This document shows positions 25,173 through 38,449 of a DNA stretch of 64,000 nt, piece after piece; the first letter of the stretch is position 1; the number at the start of each line of letters is the position of its first letter. Position numbers and translations under genes: made by a program. Location of the stretch: positions 97,119,064 through 97,183,063 of the forward strand of contig NC_092371.1 of assembly GCF_030028105.1 (NCBI RefSeq), read 5' to 3'. This DNA is from Mobula birostris. Taxonomy: Eukaryota. The notes below the pieces were generated by a model that was given only the letters and a program-made list of their open reading frames with translations, did not search any database and was not told where the DNA came from.

Positions 25173-25834
25173 AGATTAGGTTAGATTATGTGGACACTCA
25201 GTCCTCGTTTATTGTCTTTTGTAATGCATGCATTAAGAAATGATACTATGTTCCTCCAGTATGATATCACAGAAACACAAGACAGGCCAAGACTAAAACT
25301 GACAAAAACCACATAATTATCACATATAGTTACAACAGTGCAAAACAATACCGTAATTTGATAAAGAACAGACCATGGACACGGTAAAAATAAGTCTCAA
25401 AGTCCCGATAGCCCCATCATCTCACGCAGACAGTCGAAGGAAGAAAAACTCTCCCTGCCATGAACCTCCAGCGCCGCAAACTTTTCGATGCAGCGTTCTG
25501 GAAGCACACGACCACACCCGACTCTGAGTCCATCCGAAAACTTCGAGCCTCCAACACGGAGAACCGAGCACCATCTCTGCCGAGCGCTTCGACCCCAACC
25601 CAGGCCGGCAAGCAACAGGCAAAGCCGAGGGTTCGGGTCCTTCCCCACTGGAGATTCTGGATTGCACAGTAGCAGTGGCAACGAAACAGACATTTCAGAA
25701 GTTTCTCCAGATGTTCCTCTGTCCTTCTCACGTCCGTCCCCGTCAAATCAAGATTGTGCACGGCATCCTACTTAACAACTAACAGATATTCATTCCGGAG
25801 TGGCCGCTCCGCGCTGTGTCGCGCCGCCATCTTC
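25173..25834 (-). mobile_element. Non-autonomous retroposon (about 660 bp) inserted in a CR1 copy
   Basis: 5' end AAGATGGCGGCGC shared with the Rex1 element; 3' end AATAAA followed by an AATCTAACCTAATCT short-repeat tail; no convincing ORF. Confidence 0.6.
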
Positions 25835-27517
25835 TGATCTAGATGTACGGGAGAAGGAAGAAAAAGATAACAAAGTTGTTTGCAACATTAGGGATGAACA
25901 GAGAGTAAGAGGTGGACAGTTTCTTAAATGCATCTATTTTACTGCTAAGAGCATTCTAAGAAAGGTGGATGAGCATAGAGCATGGATTGGTACCTCGAAA
26001 TATGATGTTGTAGCTATTAGTGAAACATGGTTGCAGGAGGGATGTGAATGGTAACCAAATATTCCTGGATTTCGTTGCTTCAAGTGTGATAGAATTGGAG
26101 GGGCAAGACGGGGAGGTACTGCACTGCTTGTCAGAGATAATATAAAGGCGGTGCTTTGGCAGGATAGATTAGGGGACTCATCTAGGGAGGCTATTTGGGT
26201 GGAATTGAGGAATGGGAAAGGTGTAGTAATGCTTATAGGGGTGTATTATAGACCACCTAATGGGGAGCGAGAATTGGAGGAGCAAATTTGTAAGGAGATA
26301 GCAGATATTTGTAGTAAGCACAAGTTTTTGATTGTGGGAGATTTTAATTTTCCACACATAGACTGGGAAGCCCATTCTGTAAAAGAACTAGATGGTTTGG
26401 AGTTTGTAAAATGTGTGCAAGGTAGCTTTTTGCAGCAATACATAGAGGTACCAACTAAAGAAGGGGCAGTGTTGAATCTCTTGTTAGGGAATGAGATAGG
26501 GCAGGTGACGGAGGTATGTGTTGGGGAGCACTTCGGCTCCAGTGATCACAATGCCATTAGTTTCAATATAATTATGGAGAAGGATAGGACTGGACCCAGG
26601 GTTGAGATTTTTGATTGGAGAAAGGCTAACTTTGAGGCGATGCGAAAGGATTTAGAAGGAGTGGATTGAGACAATTTGTTTTATGGGAAGGATGTAAGGA
26701 ATATAAAAGTGGATAAGTCACCGGGTCCTGACTGGATATTCCCTAGGACCTTGAGGGAAGTTAGTGTGGAAATAACAGGGGCTCTGACAGAAATATTTCA
26801 AAGGTCATTAGAAACGGGGAATGTTGCCAGAGGATTGGTTTATTGCTCATGTTGTTCCATTGTTTAAAAAGGGTTCTAGGAGTAAACCTAGCAATTATCG
26901 GCCTGTGAGTTTGAAGTTAGTGGTGGGTAAATTGAACGAAAGTATTCTTAAAGATGGTATATATAAATATTTGGATAGACAGGGTCTGATTAGATCAGTC
27001 AACATGAATTTGTGCGTGGAAGGTCATGTTTGACAAATCTTAGTGAATTTTTTGAAGAGGTTACAAGGAAGGTTGACGAGGGTAAAGCGGTGGATGTTGT
27101 CTATATGGACTTCAGTAAGGCCGTTGACAAGGTTCCACATGGAAGGTTAGTTAGGAAGGTTCAATCGGTAGGTATTAATATCGAAGTAGTAAAATAGATT
27201 CAGCAGTGACTGGATGGGAGACGCCAGAGAGTAATGGTGGATAACTGTTTGTCAGACTGAAGGCTGGTGTCTAGTGGTGTGCCTCAGGGATCTGTACTGG
27301 GTCCAATGTTGTTTGTCATATATATTAATGATCTGGATGATGGGGTGGTAAATTGGATTAGTAAGTATGCAGATGATACTAAGATAGGTGGAGTTGTGGA
27401 TAATGAAGTAGGTTTTCAAAGCTTGCAGAGTGATTTAACCAATTAGAAGAGTGGGTTGAAAGATGACAGATGGAGTTTAATGCTGATGAATGTGAGGGTG
27501 CTACATTTTGGTAGGAC
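25835..27517 (+). mobile_element. CR1 LINE ORF2 (APE and RT), internally deleted and 3'-truncated
   Basis: DVVAISETWL, YYRPPN, VGDFNFPHIDW, SSDHN; [30 protein letters not shown]. Confidence 0.9.
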
Positions 27518-28247
27518 TCCTGCTTGATCCTCTGATTAATAAAATTGCAGTTGATTCCAATGGAATCTCCGCCTCTGATTCCTTCTTAGTGTCCTTTGGT
27601 TGGCGCTAAAGCATGCTATTCTAAAATATTCCAAAATATTTAACGAGCACCTCACAGACTTTGGCCCATTTGTTTACTTTGAAGTATAATTCCAAATAAT
27701 CATGAACGTGCAATTATGGTTAACAGTCTCTGTTTCTGCGGATGCACGTTGCCCTATTGTATTGCTACTGTATTTGGGCCAGGATTCATCTACCACAGGA
27801 GAATTTTGCTGTATTATTTTTCAAACCACCTCTTCCTCTCCGTGCCCTGAAAATAGGTCATCGATCTTCATTTCTCTGTGTTCAGCATTCACTATCAACG
27901 AATCCTTGTGCATTTTCTCATCTTCCTGTCCTTCCTGAATATGACATTACCTTTAACATTCGAGTCCCAATCCAAATAGTCTAGCCGGCATGCCTGGCTA
28001 TTATCTGTCGGTCCATGCTTATTTACTTGTATTTGCACTTTCAGCTAGCTGCTTTCTGTTAAATGTTCTGTGCTCTTTCATATACAGTCAGTGGTCACTT
28101 TATTCGAGTTTAAGAGAATAATACTAAAACAAACAAAAATATATAATTATTAACAAGCGAGCTCAAAGGAGAATGGCCAAACTGGATGAAGCTGACAGGA
28201 AGGCGACAGTATCTCAATTAACCATGCGTTACAGCAAGGGAGATGAG

Positions 28248-28468
28248 GCTGAGTACAGGGCTACGGTAGGAACTTTGTCACATTGTGTGAGCAGAATTAT
28301 CTGCAGCTTAATGTGAAAAAGACTAAGGAGCTGGTGGTAGACCTGAGGAGAGCCAAGGTACCAGTGACCCCTGTTTCCATCCAGGGGGTCAGTGTGGACA
28401 TGGTGGAGGATTACAGATAACTGGGGATACGAATTGACAATAAACTCGACTGGTCAAAGAACACTGAC
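28248..28468 (+). mobile_element. Rex1-type RT fragment
   Basis: GDEAEYRATV...LNVKKTKELVVDLRR...LGIRIDNKLDWSKNT. Confidence 0.7.
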
Positions 28469-29324
28469 AGATCAACGATTTGGAGGCTAGCCACATGATA
28501 GCCAATTAATACAACCAAATAGAGGAGGTAACTTCATAACATCCTGTCAGAAGTTCAAGATGTGATTAGAAGGCAAGCTTGGAGCATTTCCAAATGTCTG
28601 CAAAACGGAATTACAATTGTATAGCTCTTTCGTGTCTCTTGCGATCCCTAAATCACAGAAGCCAGATCTCAGCAATTCAGCTCACTTCCACTGTTGATTT
28701 GTAGGGCACTTAACGCTTTTCAAAAATAGGTGATACTATTTTTGTCATTTCTTGTGATTGCACCTACACGAAACAGAACCAAAGATAGACATGGACAAAT
28801 TGGTTTGGATAAGAACGTCGTAAGAAAAACTGTAATCGGACCCGTTTCAGCAGTAGTTCGGAATAATAGATATTTCAAGCAGTTGCAGGCTTTGGTACCG
28901 TGGATTGACAAGCAGAGCATCGTTTGGCTGCCGAAATCAACCAAATATTTGTCTACTCCGAGGTTATGGAAGGTGTATCTCCAGATCTCGTCTTATGATG
29001 TTGAGAGCTTAATTCTGCTGCAGAAAAAGACGGTTGGGTCTGATGCCGATCTGTGACTTCGATATTTGATTATTTTGGGACTGACGATTTACCTTATCTG
29101 CTTGAACCGTCTGAATCCTACCACCGCGACATTTAAGTAAAAAAAAAGAGATTTGGGTGGACTCTAGTTTACTGGAATCTGCACGAGTCTTTGTTTAAGG
29201 AAATATTATCCCCTTATGACTTTTAAAGTCTGAAACCCTCTCCCAAGTACTTACAAGGTTCTTTAATCACTTCATCTCACATTCGATCATTCATTTATCC
29301 TGTCTGCAACGTACAGCCATTTGA

Positions 29325-32300
29325 TTTTTTTGTACAGTAATTTATTTTTTTATTGACTTTCATCATCAAAAAAACATTTCCATCAGATATATTTTAGATA
29401 CTGTACAGACATATCATATAATCATATTTGTCACAAATCCCCACATAATATTTATCTGAGGTATACACTTATAGAAAGGAGAGGAAAGAAAGAACAATCA
29501 AAAGAAGAAAACTATGTGCAGAGTAGGAAGTGATCTTTTTTTACAACATATTAATTGAATTGTGAGAATAAAATCAGGCCTATGAGGTGTTATGTAGTTA
29601 AAACATTTTTCCAGTATGAATAAAATTGTTCCAACTTATGATTAACAGATGCTGTTATCTTCTCCATTTGGTAAATGTCCATTGTAATTTCCATCCATAC
29701 ATTTAAAGTTGGGCTCTCCTGTGATAACCATTTCCTGGTAAGGGTCTTTTTACCAGCCCCCAGCACTACATTCATTAAATATTTGTCTCTTTTCAACCAT
29801 TCTTGAGGTATATACCCAAAATATATGGTCTTACTCTCAAAGGGTATTTAACATTTAAAGATGTCTTGTAGGGCATTATGTATCCCAGTCCAATAGTCTT
29901 TGATAATAGGGCATTTCCAGAAAATATGATAATGATTTGCTTTTTGATTTCCACAATTTCTCCAGCAAACGGGGGGGTTACTATCATAATGGGATTTCTG
30001 AGAGGGTGTAATAAAATATCTTAACAAGTGTTTCCACCCGAACTCCCTCTATTTCTGTGAACTGGTACACTTACATTGATATCTCCATATTATTGCCCAG
30101 TCTTCCTCAGATATTATTACCTCTCCTTCCTTCTCCCATTTTGTTTTAATGTATGAAGTCGAATGTGTTTTAAGATTTGAGAAACACTTATACACACTTG
30201 AAATTATTCTACTACCGTTATCTGAACTATATGCTTTTCTAAATAGCTCTATCAGACATGAACTTGCCTTGGTTGCATTTTTAATCATCCTATTAACATA
30301 GTGTCACATCTGTAAATACCGATAAAAGTCTTGTTTTTCTAGTAAGTGTTTCTCTTTGAGCATTTCAAAACTGAACAGTGTTCCTTCTTTCATTATATTG
30401 CAAATAGCTGTTATTCCTTTAGCTGTCCAGTCCTTAAATCTAGCATCCAGTTTATTCGGCGTATAATCCGAGTCATATGCACACCATTTAAGAATTGCAA
30501 TGTCTCTCTCTAGTTTAAAACTATAATAGTTTTTCATATTCTTAAGTGTTCATTTCACCCACGGGTTCTCAATATTATTTACGTAACTTTGTAGGTTGTT
30601 ATCAGCCAAAATTGCCTGTATGTGGATGGAAGTATCCTCTCCTGAATGTTTTTCCATTGAGCGTTATATGATGGGTTGCACCAGCATATCATGGCTCTCA
30701 ACTGTGCTGCAAAATAATAATCTCTAAGAAAAGGTAGGCCCCATCCCCCCTTTTCCTTGGCTAATTGCAAAATTTTGAGATGAACCCTAGGCCTTTTACC
30801 TTGCCATATATATCTTGATGGCATCTCGTTCCGTTCATTGAATTGATTCTGGTTAATCTCTATTGGGAGGGTCTGAAAGGGATATAATAGTCTGGGCAGT
30901 ATATTCATTTTAATAGGTCCAATCCTTGAACTGAGACCAAGGAAAGGAATTAAGTTCCATCTTGTTCTACCTCCCTTATTTTTTAATATATATATAGGTT
31001 GATAATTGCATTCTGATGATTTTTCCAAATCTTTTGGCTCAACGGCTCCCAAATATTTGACGGACTCTGTTTGCCATGCCCAAAGATATCTACTTTCAAC
31101 TTCTCTTGGTGGGCTGCAGTTATATGAAAGTAGGTGGGTTTTATCTATGTTGATCTTGTATCCTGATAATTGGCCATATTGTTCAAAGGATTGCATCAAT
31201 TTAGGTAACGAGTATGTTGGTTGCCCTAGATAGATCAAAATGTCATCCGCGTAACAGGCCAATTTATGCTCTGTCCCTTTAATAGTAATTCCAATGATAT
31301 CTTCATTTTCTCTGATGAATTGAGATAATGGTTCCAGGTACAATGCGAAGAGTAGCGGTGACCATGCACAACTCTGTCTCGTGCCTCTTTCTAGGGTAAA
31401 ACTATTAGATAAATATCCATTGATTTTTATCCTGGCAGTAGGATTGTCGTATAGTGCCTGTATAGTTTTAATAATTGTGTCATGTAGACCAAATCTATGT
31501 AAAATCCTGTAAAGAAAACTCCAATTAACCGAGTCAAATGTCTTTTCAGCATCTACGCTTATCACTATTGCTTCAATTTCATTTTTTTATATGATCCATA
31601 ATGTGAAGTGTCCTTCGTATGTCGTCTTGTGTTTGGCGTTGTTGTATAAAACCCGTCTGATCATTATGTATCAGTGTGGGTAGAAACTCTTCTAATTGCT
31701 TGGCCTTGATGCAGGTAAATATTCTATAATCCACATTAAGAACAGATATTGGTCTAAATGATCCACATTCCATTTTATCCTTGTCTTCTTTCGGTATAGA
31801 TGAGATTATCGCCTCCTTCCAGCTGGGTGGCATCTGCACCTTTCTTAGGGCCCAGTTCAGTGTGGGGAGTAAAATAGGAATTAACTCACTTCTAAACTCT
31901 TTATACCTCTCTGCCGTATATCCATCTGATCCTGGTGACTTGCTTAATTTAAGCATACTAATTGTAGTTTTTAGTTCAGCTTCAGTTATGTCAGCAGTCA
32001 TCGTTCTATTTTGTTCTTTGCTAAAAGTGGTTCACTCTAACGAATTCAGGAAGCTGTCGATTTGGGTTATGCTTCCCCCTGGAACTTTGGAATATAGAGT
32101 TTTGTAAAACATTTCAAAAACTTCTTGAATTTCACAGCTTATTTTTTTTTATCACTTTTGTTCTTAGATCCCTAATTCTATGAATTGTATATTCTACTAT
32201 CTTTTTTTCAGTTCCCACGCCAGTATTTTCATAGAATTAGATCCACTTTCATAGTGTCTCTGTTTCAGAAACATTAATTTTTTTCTAATTTCTTGTGTAG

Positions 32301-34701
32301 CCAAATTATTAATTTCATTCCCAATTTTTAAAATTTCCCCTAGTGTATCCTGTGCCAAACTCAATTTGTGCTTTTTTTCTAGTTCCTTCAGCTCATTTTG
32401 TAATTCCCATAATGTTTTATTCCTTATTTTTTCTTATATGAAGATATCGCTATAATTTTCCCTCTTAAGACATCTTTCAGAGTATCCCATAGAATGGGAG
32501 GTGAAACTTCTCCATTATCATTGAATTCTAAGCAAAGACCAATTTCTTGTTCAATTTGTTCCTTTGAGTAGACTTGAATTTCGTTTGCAAATAGTATTCT
32601 TTGGTTGTAGGTCAAAATCAACAGATAAATATATAGGTGCATGGTTACTTACATCTATTGCCCAAATTTCACAGGTGATTATTTTGTCTCTATCTTTCCC
32701 AAATGTTATGAAATAGTCCATTCTTGCGCATACAGAATGGGGGGGGGGGGTGCAGAATAATGCGTGTAATCCCTTCTGTTTGGGAAAAGTTCCCTCCATA
32801 TATCAATTAGACCAACATCCTCAAAAAAGAGTGTTAACTTTCTTATGTAAGGTCTTTGTTCCATAAGTTTGTCTATTGGAAGTGACTAACTTTGGTTGTA
32901 ATTGTAAAATTAAGTCTCTCCTACATATTAAGGGACCTTCTGATTCCGTTACCATAATATTAGTAATTTTCTGGAAGAAACTAATATCACTTCCTGGGGG
33001 TGCGTATATATTCAATAACGTAACTGGATTTCCAACTATATTCCTCCTTACCAGAATATATCTGCCCTCCTTATCTCCCATTTCGAATACTTTTTCAAAA
33101 TTTAGCTTGCTTGGGATGAGAAAAGCAACTCCTCTTCTATGTCCTGATTTATATGAGGAGAAAAACAAATTAGTGAAGCCCATTCTCTTTAATTTTCCAT
33201 GCTCATTATCACTTAAGTGAGTTTCCTGTAAATATACTACATGGGCTTGTTCTTTTTTCATTTTGGATAGAATTTTACTGCGCTTGACTGGATTCAACGG
33301 CCCATTGACATTAAAAGAAATGAATTTTACTTTTTCCTTAGCCATGTGTATTTATCTGTTAGTATATCATTGAAATTTGCAGAATAAAACTTTGTCGATC
33401 TACTCCCTGAACAAATAAAAGACAAGAAACGCGAATAATAATAAAAAAGGTAACGAAGATGTGATTCCAAGGCTGGGGTCTCTAGATGACCCTGGGTTGA
33501 GCTAGAAGAAACTTCTAGCCGTGGGGGATAGCCCCTCCTACCTGTGAGTTGAGGGCCCCCGCTGCAGTACCTATAAATGTAAGTAAAAAAGTCTATGTCC
33601 ATTACACGGAAATGATTTCCCTGTGTATTCCTCCCATGTATATCTTCTCATTTAGGTGGGGAAAAAGGAATGAATGAAAGAATTTTTAAAAAAGTGAGTT
33701 AAATAAAATCGGGATAACTGCTCAGCCAGACTTTCCCTTGGTTTGACCACCCTAATGGGCAGTCCTCTGTTCTTCATGTCTGTGGTCGCTCCTTCCACCG
33801 TCTGATAAAGTCGTATCCTTTCTTGGTGAAATACCCTCAGTTTAGCAGGGTACGGGGTTTGGAATTTAATCTTTTCTTGCTTTAATATTCGTTTTGCTTT
33901 GGAATATTCCTTCCATTTCTGTAGGACCGCCGGGGGGCGGGGAGTAATCACGATCTAAGTATATTAACTTCTCGTTCCAAAAAACCCTCTTCTTACCCCA
34001 TGCCCTTCGTAGAATCTCCGCCTTGCTCTTGAACTAAGTACTATTGAGCGCGGCTTACTTTCTCTGTGTCCGAGACGCCGCGGGGCGAGCGAATGATGAG
34101 CTCTCTAAGTTTCAATTTCCATAGCCTGGGGAATCTCCAGCGCTTCCCGCAGCAACTCTTCTACGAACTCCGTCATCGACAATCCCTCCGCTCCTTCGGG
34201 AACATTATAAATCCAGATATTTTTCGCGATCTTCCCTCCTGGTCAAGCAATTTACTTTCCTGTTGATTTAATATTTTTATCGTCTTACTTACTATCTGTT
34301 CCACGTTGTGCACGCGATTTTCCACCTTCTTAATTCGAGTCTCTGCCACCGCTATTTTCTGATTGCCGTTGGCGAGCTCTGACTTTATATCATTTTGTTG
34401 CTGTTTTATATCTTTTTGGACTTCCCTATCTGTTCCAGAATCCTTATCATATTTGCCGCTTCGCCTGCACAAGGCCCAGCTTCAGCTTCGCCGCCACGGG
34501 CACGTGTGTGCGAGCCGCGCGTTGTACCTCTCTCTTCCATAGGCTCCGTAGTGGTGCTTTTTTATCTCCACTATTTTCCCCCATTCTTGCCCCCCTTATC
34601 AATTCAGATATTTTCGAAAGATCTTATATTTGATGGATTTTCAGTGCAAAATATGCGGTTTTTCTAGAGCACTATTGATTAACGATGACGTCACCCGAAC
34701 T
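29325..34701 (-). mobile_element. Full-length L1/Tx1-clade LINE (5377 bp): ORF1 about 34470-33650, ORF2 about 33345-29590, inactivated
   Basis: ORF1 C-terminus FQTPYPAKLRVF; APE SFNVNG...YLQETHL; RT KSPGSDG, FRPISVLN, CYADDIL; T-rich tail at the left end. 15-bp TSD CGTAC(A/T)GCCATTTGA at 29310-29324 and 34702-34716; empty site at 46774-46788. Confidence 0.93.
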
Positions 34702-37700
34702 CGTACTGCCATTTGAAACATAAATGTTGATATTTAATTCGGTTCTATATAATCTGCAAACATAATCTAAACATTTGAAGCCTATTTCGCTTTTAATGAC
34801 TTTTCGTTGCGCCACACACAGGTCCATTAAATGCACGCTGAGGTCCTTTTATGTAAGTGAATTTATATTTCAGATTAGCTCTAGAGAATCGGCCATTTAT
34901 GTCTGCACTTCATTTTTTGTCAGGCAATCAATTTTCTATCCATGCCAGTATGTTATCACCTATTCTTCTGCCCTCACTCAAGTGTTCTCCCCGTTTACTT
35001 AACCTAGACAGACAGAGAAATCCAGTCCCGGCGTAGCTGTAGTTAAAGGCGGTTTTATTATTCGCCAATGCGTTACAGTACGCAGGGAGCCGATGTAAAA
35101 AGACAGTCAATCTCGGCGTTCCTGCGAAAGGCAGATTCAAATATTGACTGAAATTCCTTCGATCTCCAACAAGTGCTTCTAACGAAAGAATGAAATATAC
35201 AAGCAATTATATAGTGGCCGAGCTGATGACGAAAACTAACGATCTTGCATTCATCTGGAAAGCCATTCACTAAAAAAGTATAACAGCATGTATATGATTT
35301 TTTAGTCTAGGAAGAAACGATCTCATTTCGATCCACAATACCAACCATTACATAATCTTGGCTGTTACAGAAGCAAGAATAGGGGCTGGATGTTCCCAGG
35401 TTTAGATATTTCAAATAAGGCAGAGAGGGAGGTAAGAGAGATAGAGGAGTGGCATTGCCAACCAGGGAGAAAATCGCAGCTACAGGAAGGGAGGATGTTA
35501 TGGAGAGATCGTTTATGGAGTTTCTGTGAGTGTAAAGCCAGAAACAGGAAGGGTTGCAATCACGGTATTGGGGGTATTCTGCAGCGCACCTCCTCCCCGC
35601 AACAGGAACATCGAGGAATAGGTCGGCAGGTCGATTTCGGAAAGCTGCAAACATACACACACTTTCCTAATAATGATTAGCACAGCCTACATTCAAAAGA
35701 TTTAGACAAGACAGAATTTGTTAGGTGTGCACAAGAAGGATGCCTGACAGGCCAACTAGAAGAGAGGCCTTATTGGATCTGGTGCTAGCCAATAGAGCAA
35801 GTCAGGTGTCAGATTCCTCGTGAGTGTTCACAACTCCCTGATTTACCATAGCATTGAAGAGGGATAAGAACAGACGGCATTGAAGGAGAGGGAATTATGA
35901 TGCAATTAGGTAGGAACTTGTGAGCAGAAATTGGCAACTAATGTACGCAGGGAAATGAAGAAGGAAATGTGGACGTTGTCTGGGGAGCTCGAATGGGGTT
36001 CTGGGTAGGGCTGTCCCAAATGGACATGGATGGTTGTGTGAAGGAAGCATGGTCGACAAGAGATGTGAAGCATCCCGCCAAGAGGATAAAAGAAGCTCAC
36101 TTAATGTTTATGAAGCAAAGATCAGACAGGGCTCTACAGAGTTACAAAGTAGTTAGGCAGGAGATGAAGAATGAACTTAGGAGAGCTAGGAGTGGTAATG
36201 AGAAGGGCTTGGTGAGTATGATTAAGGAAAACCCCAAGACGCTCTACACGTAGGTGAAGAACAGACGGATGACTAGAGTGAGTAAAAAAAGAGGAACCAT
36301 GTGCTTGGAGTCGGAGGAGATAGGAGAGGACATTAATGAATAGTTTTCTTCGGTATTCACCACTGAGAGGGACCTTGACTTGTGTGTGGACAGCCTAAAT
36401 AAGGCTGACATGCTAGAACATGTGACGTTGAGAAAGAGGATATTCTCAAAATTTTGAAAAAATACATAAGTCCCCGAGGCTGAATGGGGTATACCCTGGT
36501 TACTACGGGCCACGAGGGAAGGGAATGTTCTGTCTTGGTGATATCTGTCACTAGCCACATGAGGAGTACCAGAAGCCTGGAGGGTCTTAAGTTTTATAAC
36601 TTTGTTGAAGAACGGGATTAGGGATAATCCTGGGAATTATAGACCAGTGAGCATCATGTCAGTGGTGGTCAAACTTTGGAAATGATTCTTAAAGGCAGGA
36701 TCTGGGAGCATTTGGAGAAGCATAGTCTGATTACATACAACATGGCTTTGTGAGGAGCTGTTCGTGTCTCACGAACCTGATTGACTTTTTCGAGAAAGTG
36801 TCTCAACAAATTGATAAAAGTAGAGCTGTGGATGTGATGTTCATGGATCTTAGTAAGACGTTCCTATTTGCGTGCAAAATTGAAGGAGTACCGAGGATAT
36901 TTCTGAGGATGATTTCTGAACCTGACGACGTTAGTTATATGGAAAGGTTGAAGAGTTTAGCTCTTTCTTCCTTGGAGCATAGGAGAATGAGGGGAGATTG
37001 GATAGCGATATACAAAATGATGTGAATAATAGATAGGGTAAATGTTAGCAGGCTTTTCACACGAGAATTGGATGAGACTAGAATTAGTGCCACCGTGGTT
37101 CGGACATGGGCTCAGTGTGGAGTGAGAGACACTGAAGCAGGTCGATAGCACACTGACTTTAATGCGAACTATGTAAAAGGGAAAAGAAAACAAAAAAACG
37201 CTAGGCCTGTCACGGTCCGGTCCGTGGATTCCATTCTCTGGTTATTCCGTTTTTCCCTCGTTCTGTTGGGTGCCTTAATTGAGGTTCCTGATTCTCATTT
37301 CGGGCTGGCAACATAAATAGCTCTGGGGACAGGAGATAGTGGCTGGCCCATTTCAGTCAGAACTCCGTGAGTTACCTCGTCTGTAACCTCGTCTCAAACC
37401 TCGTCTGAAACCTCGTCTGCGAATTCCTCAGAATCCCCGTCAAGTTAATCCGCTGGAGTGAGGCTGGAGCCTTGTCGCGTCAAGATAAGGATCAGTCTAT
37501 AGTAGTGTGGTCTTGTCTCTTCATGTCCTCACCTCCGCTGGGTAGGTCCGGCTGTTTGCCGCTATTTTGAGTGGAAACTTGTCTCTTCGTGTTCAGTGTT
37601 CTGTGTATAAGAAGAGTCCCGGCCCTATGTCCTGTACACAAGGAGGTGTCCTGGCTCTGTGGTCCGTGTCTGATAAGAGCCCCGGTCCTACGTCCTGTAC

Positions 37701-37891
37701 CCAAGGAGGGGTCCCATTTCTGTTGTTCGTGTTCCAGTCCAATTGAAGTCAAGGCTTCGTGTTCCAGTCCAGTTGGAGTCAAGGCTTCGTGCTCCCGTCC
37801 AGTCCAAGTCAAGGCTCTGTGCTCTAGTCCAGTCCAAGTCAAGGCTTCGTGTTCCCAGTCCCAGTCGAGTGTCAAGTCCGATCCAAGTCCC

Positions 37892-38166
37892 GAGTCTTAG
37901 CCAAGATCCTAGTTCCGAGCCCTAGCTAAGATCCTAGTCCCAAGTCCTAGCTAAGATCCTAGCCCCGAGTCCTAGCTAAGATCCGAGTCCTGAGTCCTAG
38001 CAAAGATTCTAGTCCCGAGTCCTAGCCAAGATCGTAGTCCCGAGTCCACGCCAAGATCCTACTCCCAAGTCCTAGCCAAGAACCTAGTCCCAAGTCCTAG
38101 CCAAGACCCAGATTCCAAGTCAGAGTCAAGACCCAGGTTCCGAGTCCTAGTCAAGACCCAGGTTCT
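37892..38166. repeat. Minisatellite, 11 x 25-bp (GAGTCCTAGCCAAGATCCTAGTCCC consensus)
   Basis: Counted directly. Smaller arrays nearby: 12-mer ACCTCGTCTG.. x4 at about 37373-37420 and TCCAGTCCAAGTCAAGGCT-type units at about 37730-37860. Confidence 0.9.
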
Positions 38167-38449
38167 TCACTGAAGAACGATAGACAGTTCTACATCTGCA
38201 TTGGCGATTGAACTCGCCAATGGTTCAGGCGAGATATCCAGGCAGAGAGTCAGGCGAGGGGGAAAAAGACAGGGAGGGGAACAGGACAGCCCAGCAGGGA
38301 ATCCCTGGTTTGCAGAGATATTTATGTCTCAGCCCCAAAACGAGAATCATCTTCCAAAAACAGACACTAGGGAAAACCAGAAACCCCGGAACAAGGAACC
38401 ACGGACCGGACCATGACCGGAACAGGGACCCACGGACCAGACCATAACA
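38166..38449 (-). mobile_element. 284-bp inverted LTR-like insert related to the host LTR
   Basis: Minus strand starts TGTTATGGTCTGGTCCGTGG and shares GATTCTC..GGGCTG..ACATAAATA.CTCTG with 37290-37325; GGTTC duplicated at 38161-38165 and 38450-38454. Confidence 0.65.

Larger units (their letters stand above)
11980..35240 (-). repeat. Segmental duplication unit B (expanded by Gypsy, CR1 and L1 insertions)
   Basis: Contains C (16745-17067), VJ pseudogene and leader; flanks collinear with units C and D. Boundaries approximate. Confidence 0.8.

Noticed and set aside
28191-28245. Tc1 transposase fragment (ADRKATVSQLTMRY)
   Set aside because: Only about 55 nt with no TIR or flanking support; too short to call.
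28730-29056. 108-aa plus-strand ORF as a gene
   Set aside because: No recognisable motif, no splice or promoter context, and most of the block is missing from unit C.
29325-34701. Active L1
   Set aside because: ORF1 and ORF2 are each broken into several frames by indels and stops.
37892-38166. Regular 25-bp repeats as a CRISPR array, and overlapping ORFs 37492-37925 as genes
   Set aside because: The repeats are contiguous with no unique spacers, the context is a eukaryotic LTR, and the ORFs are translations of the minisatellites.
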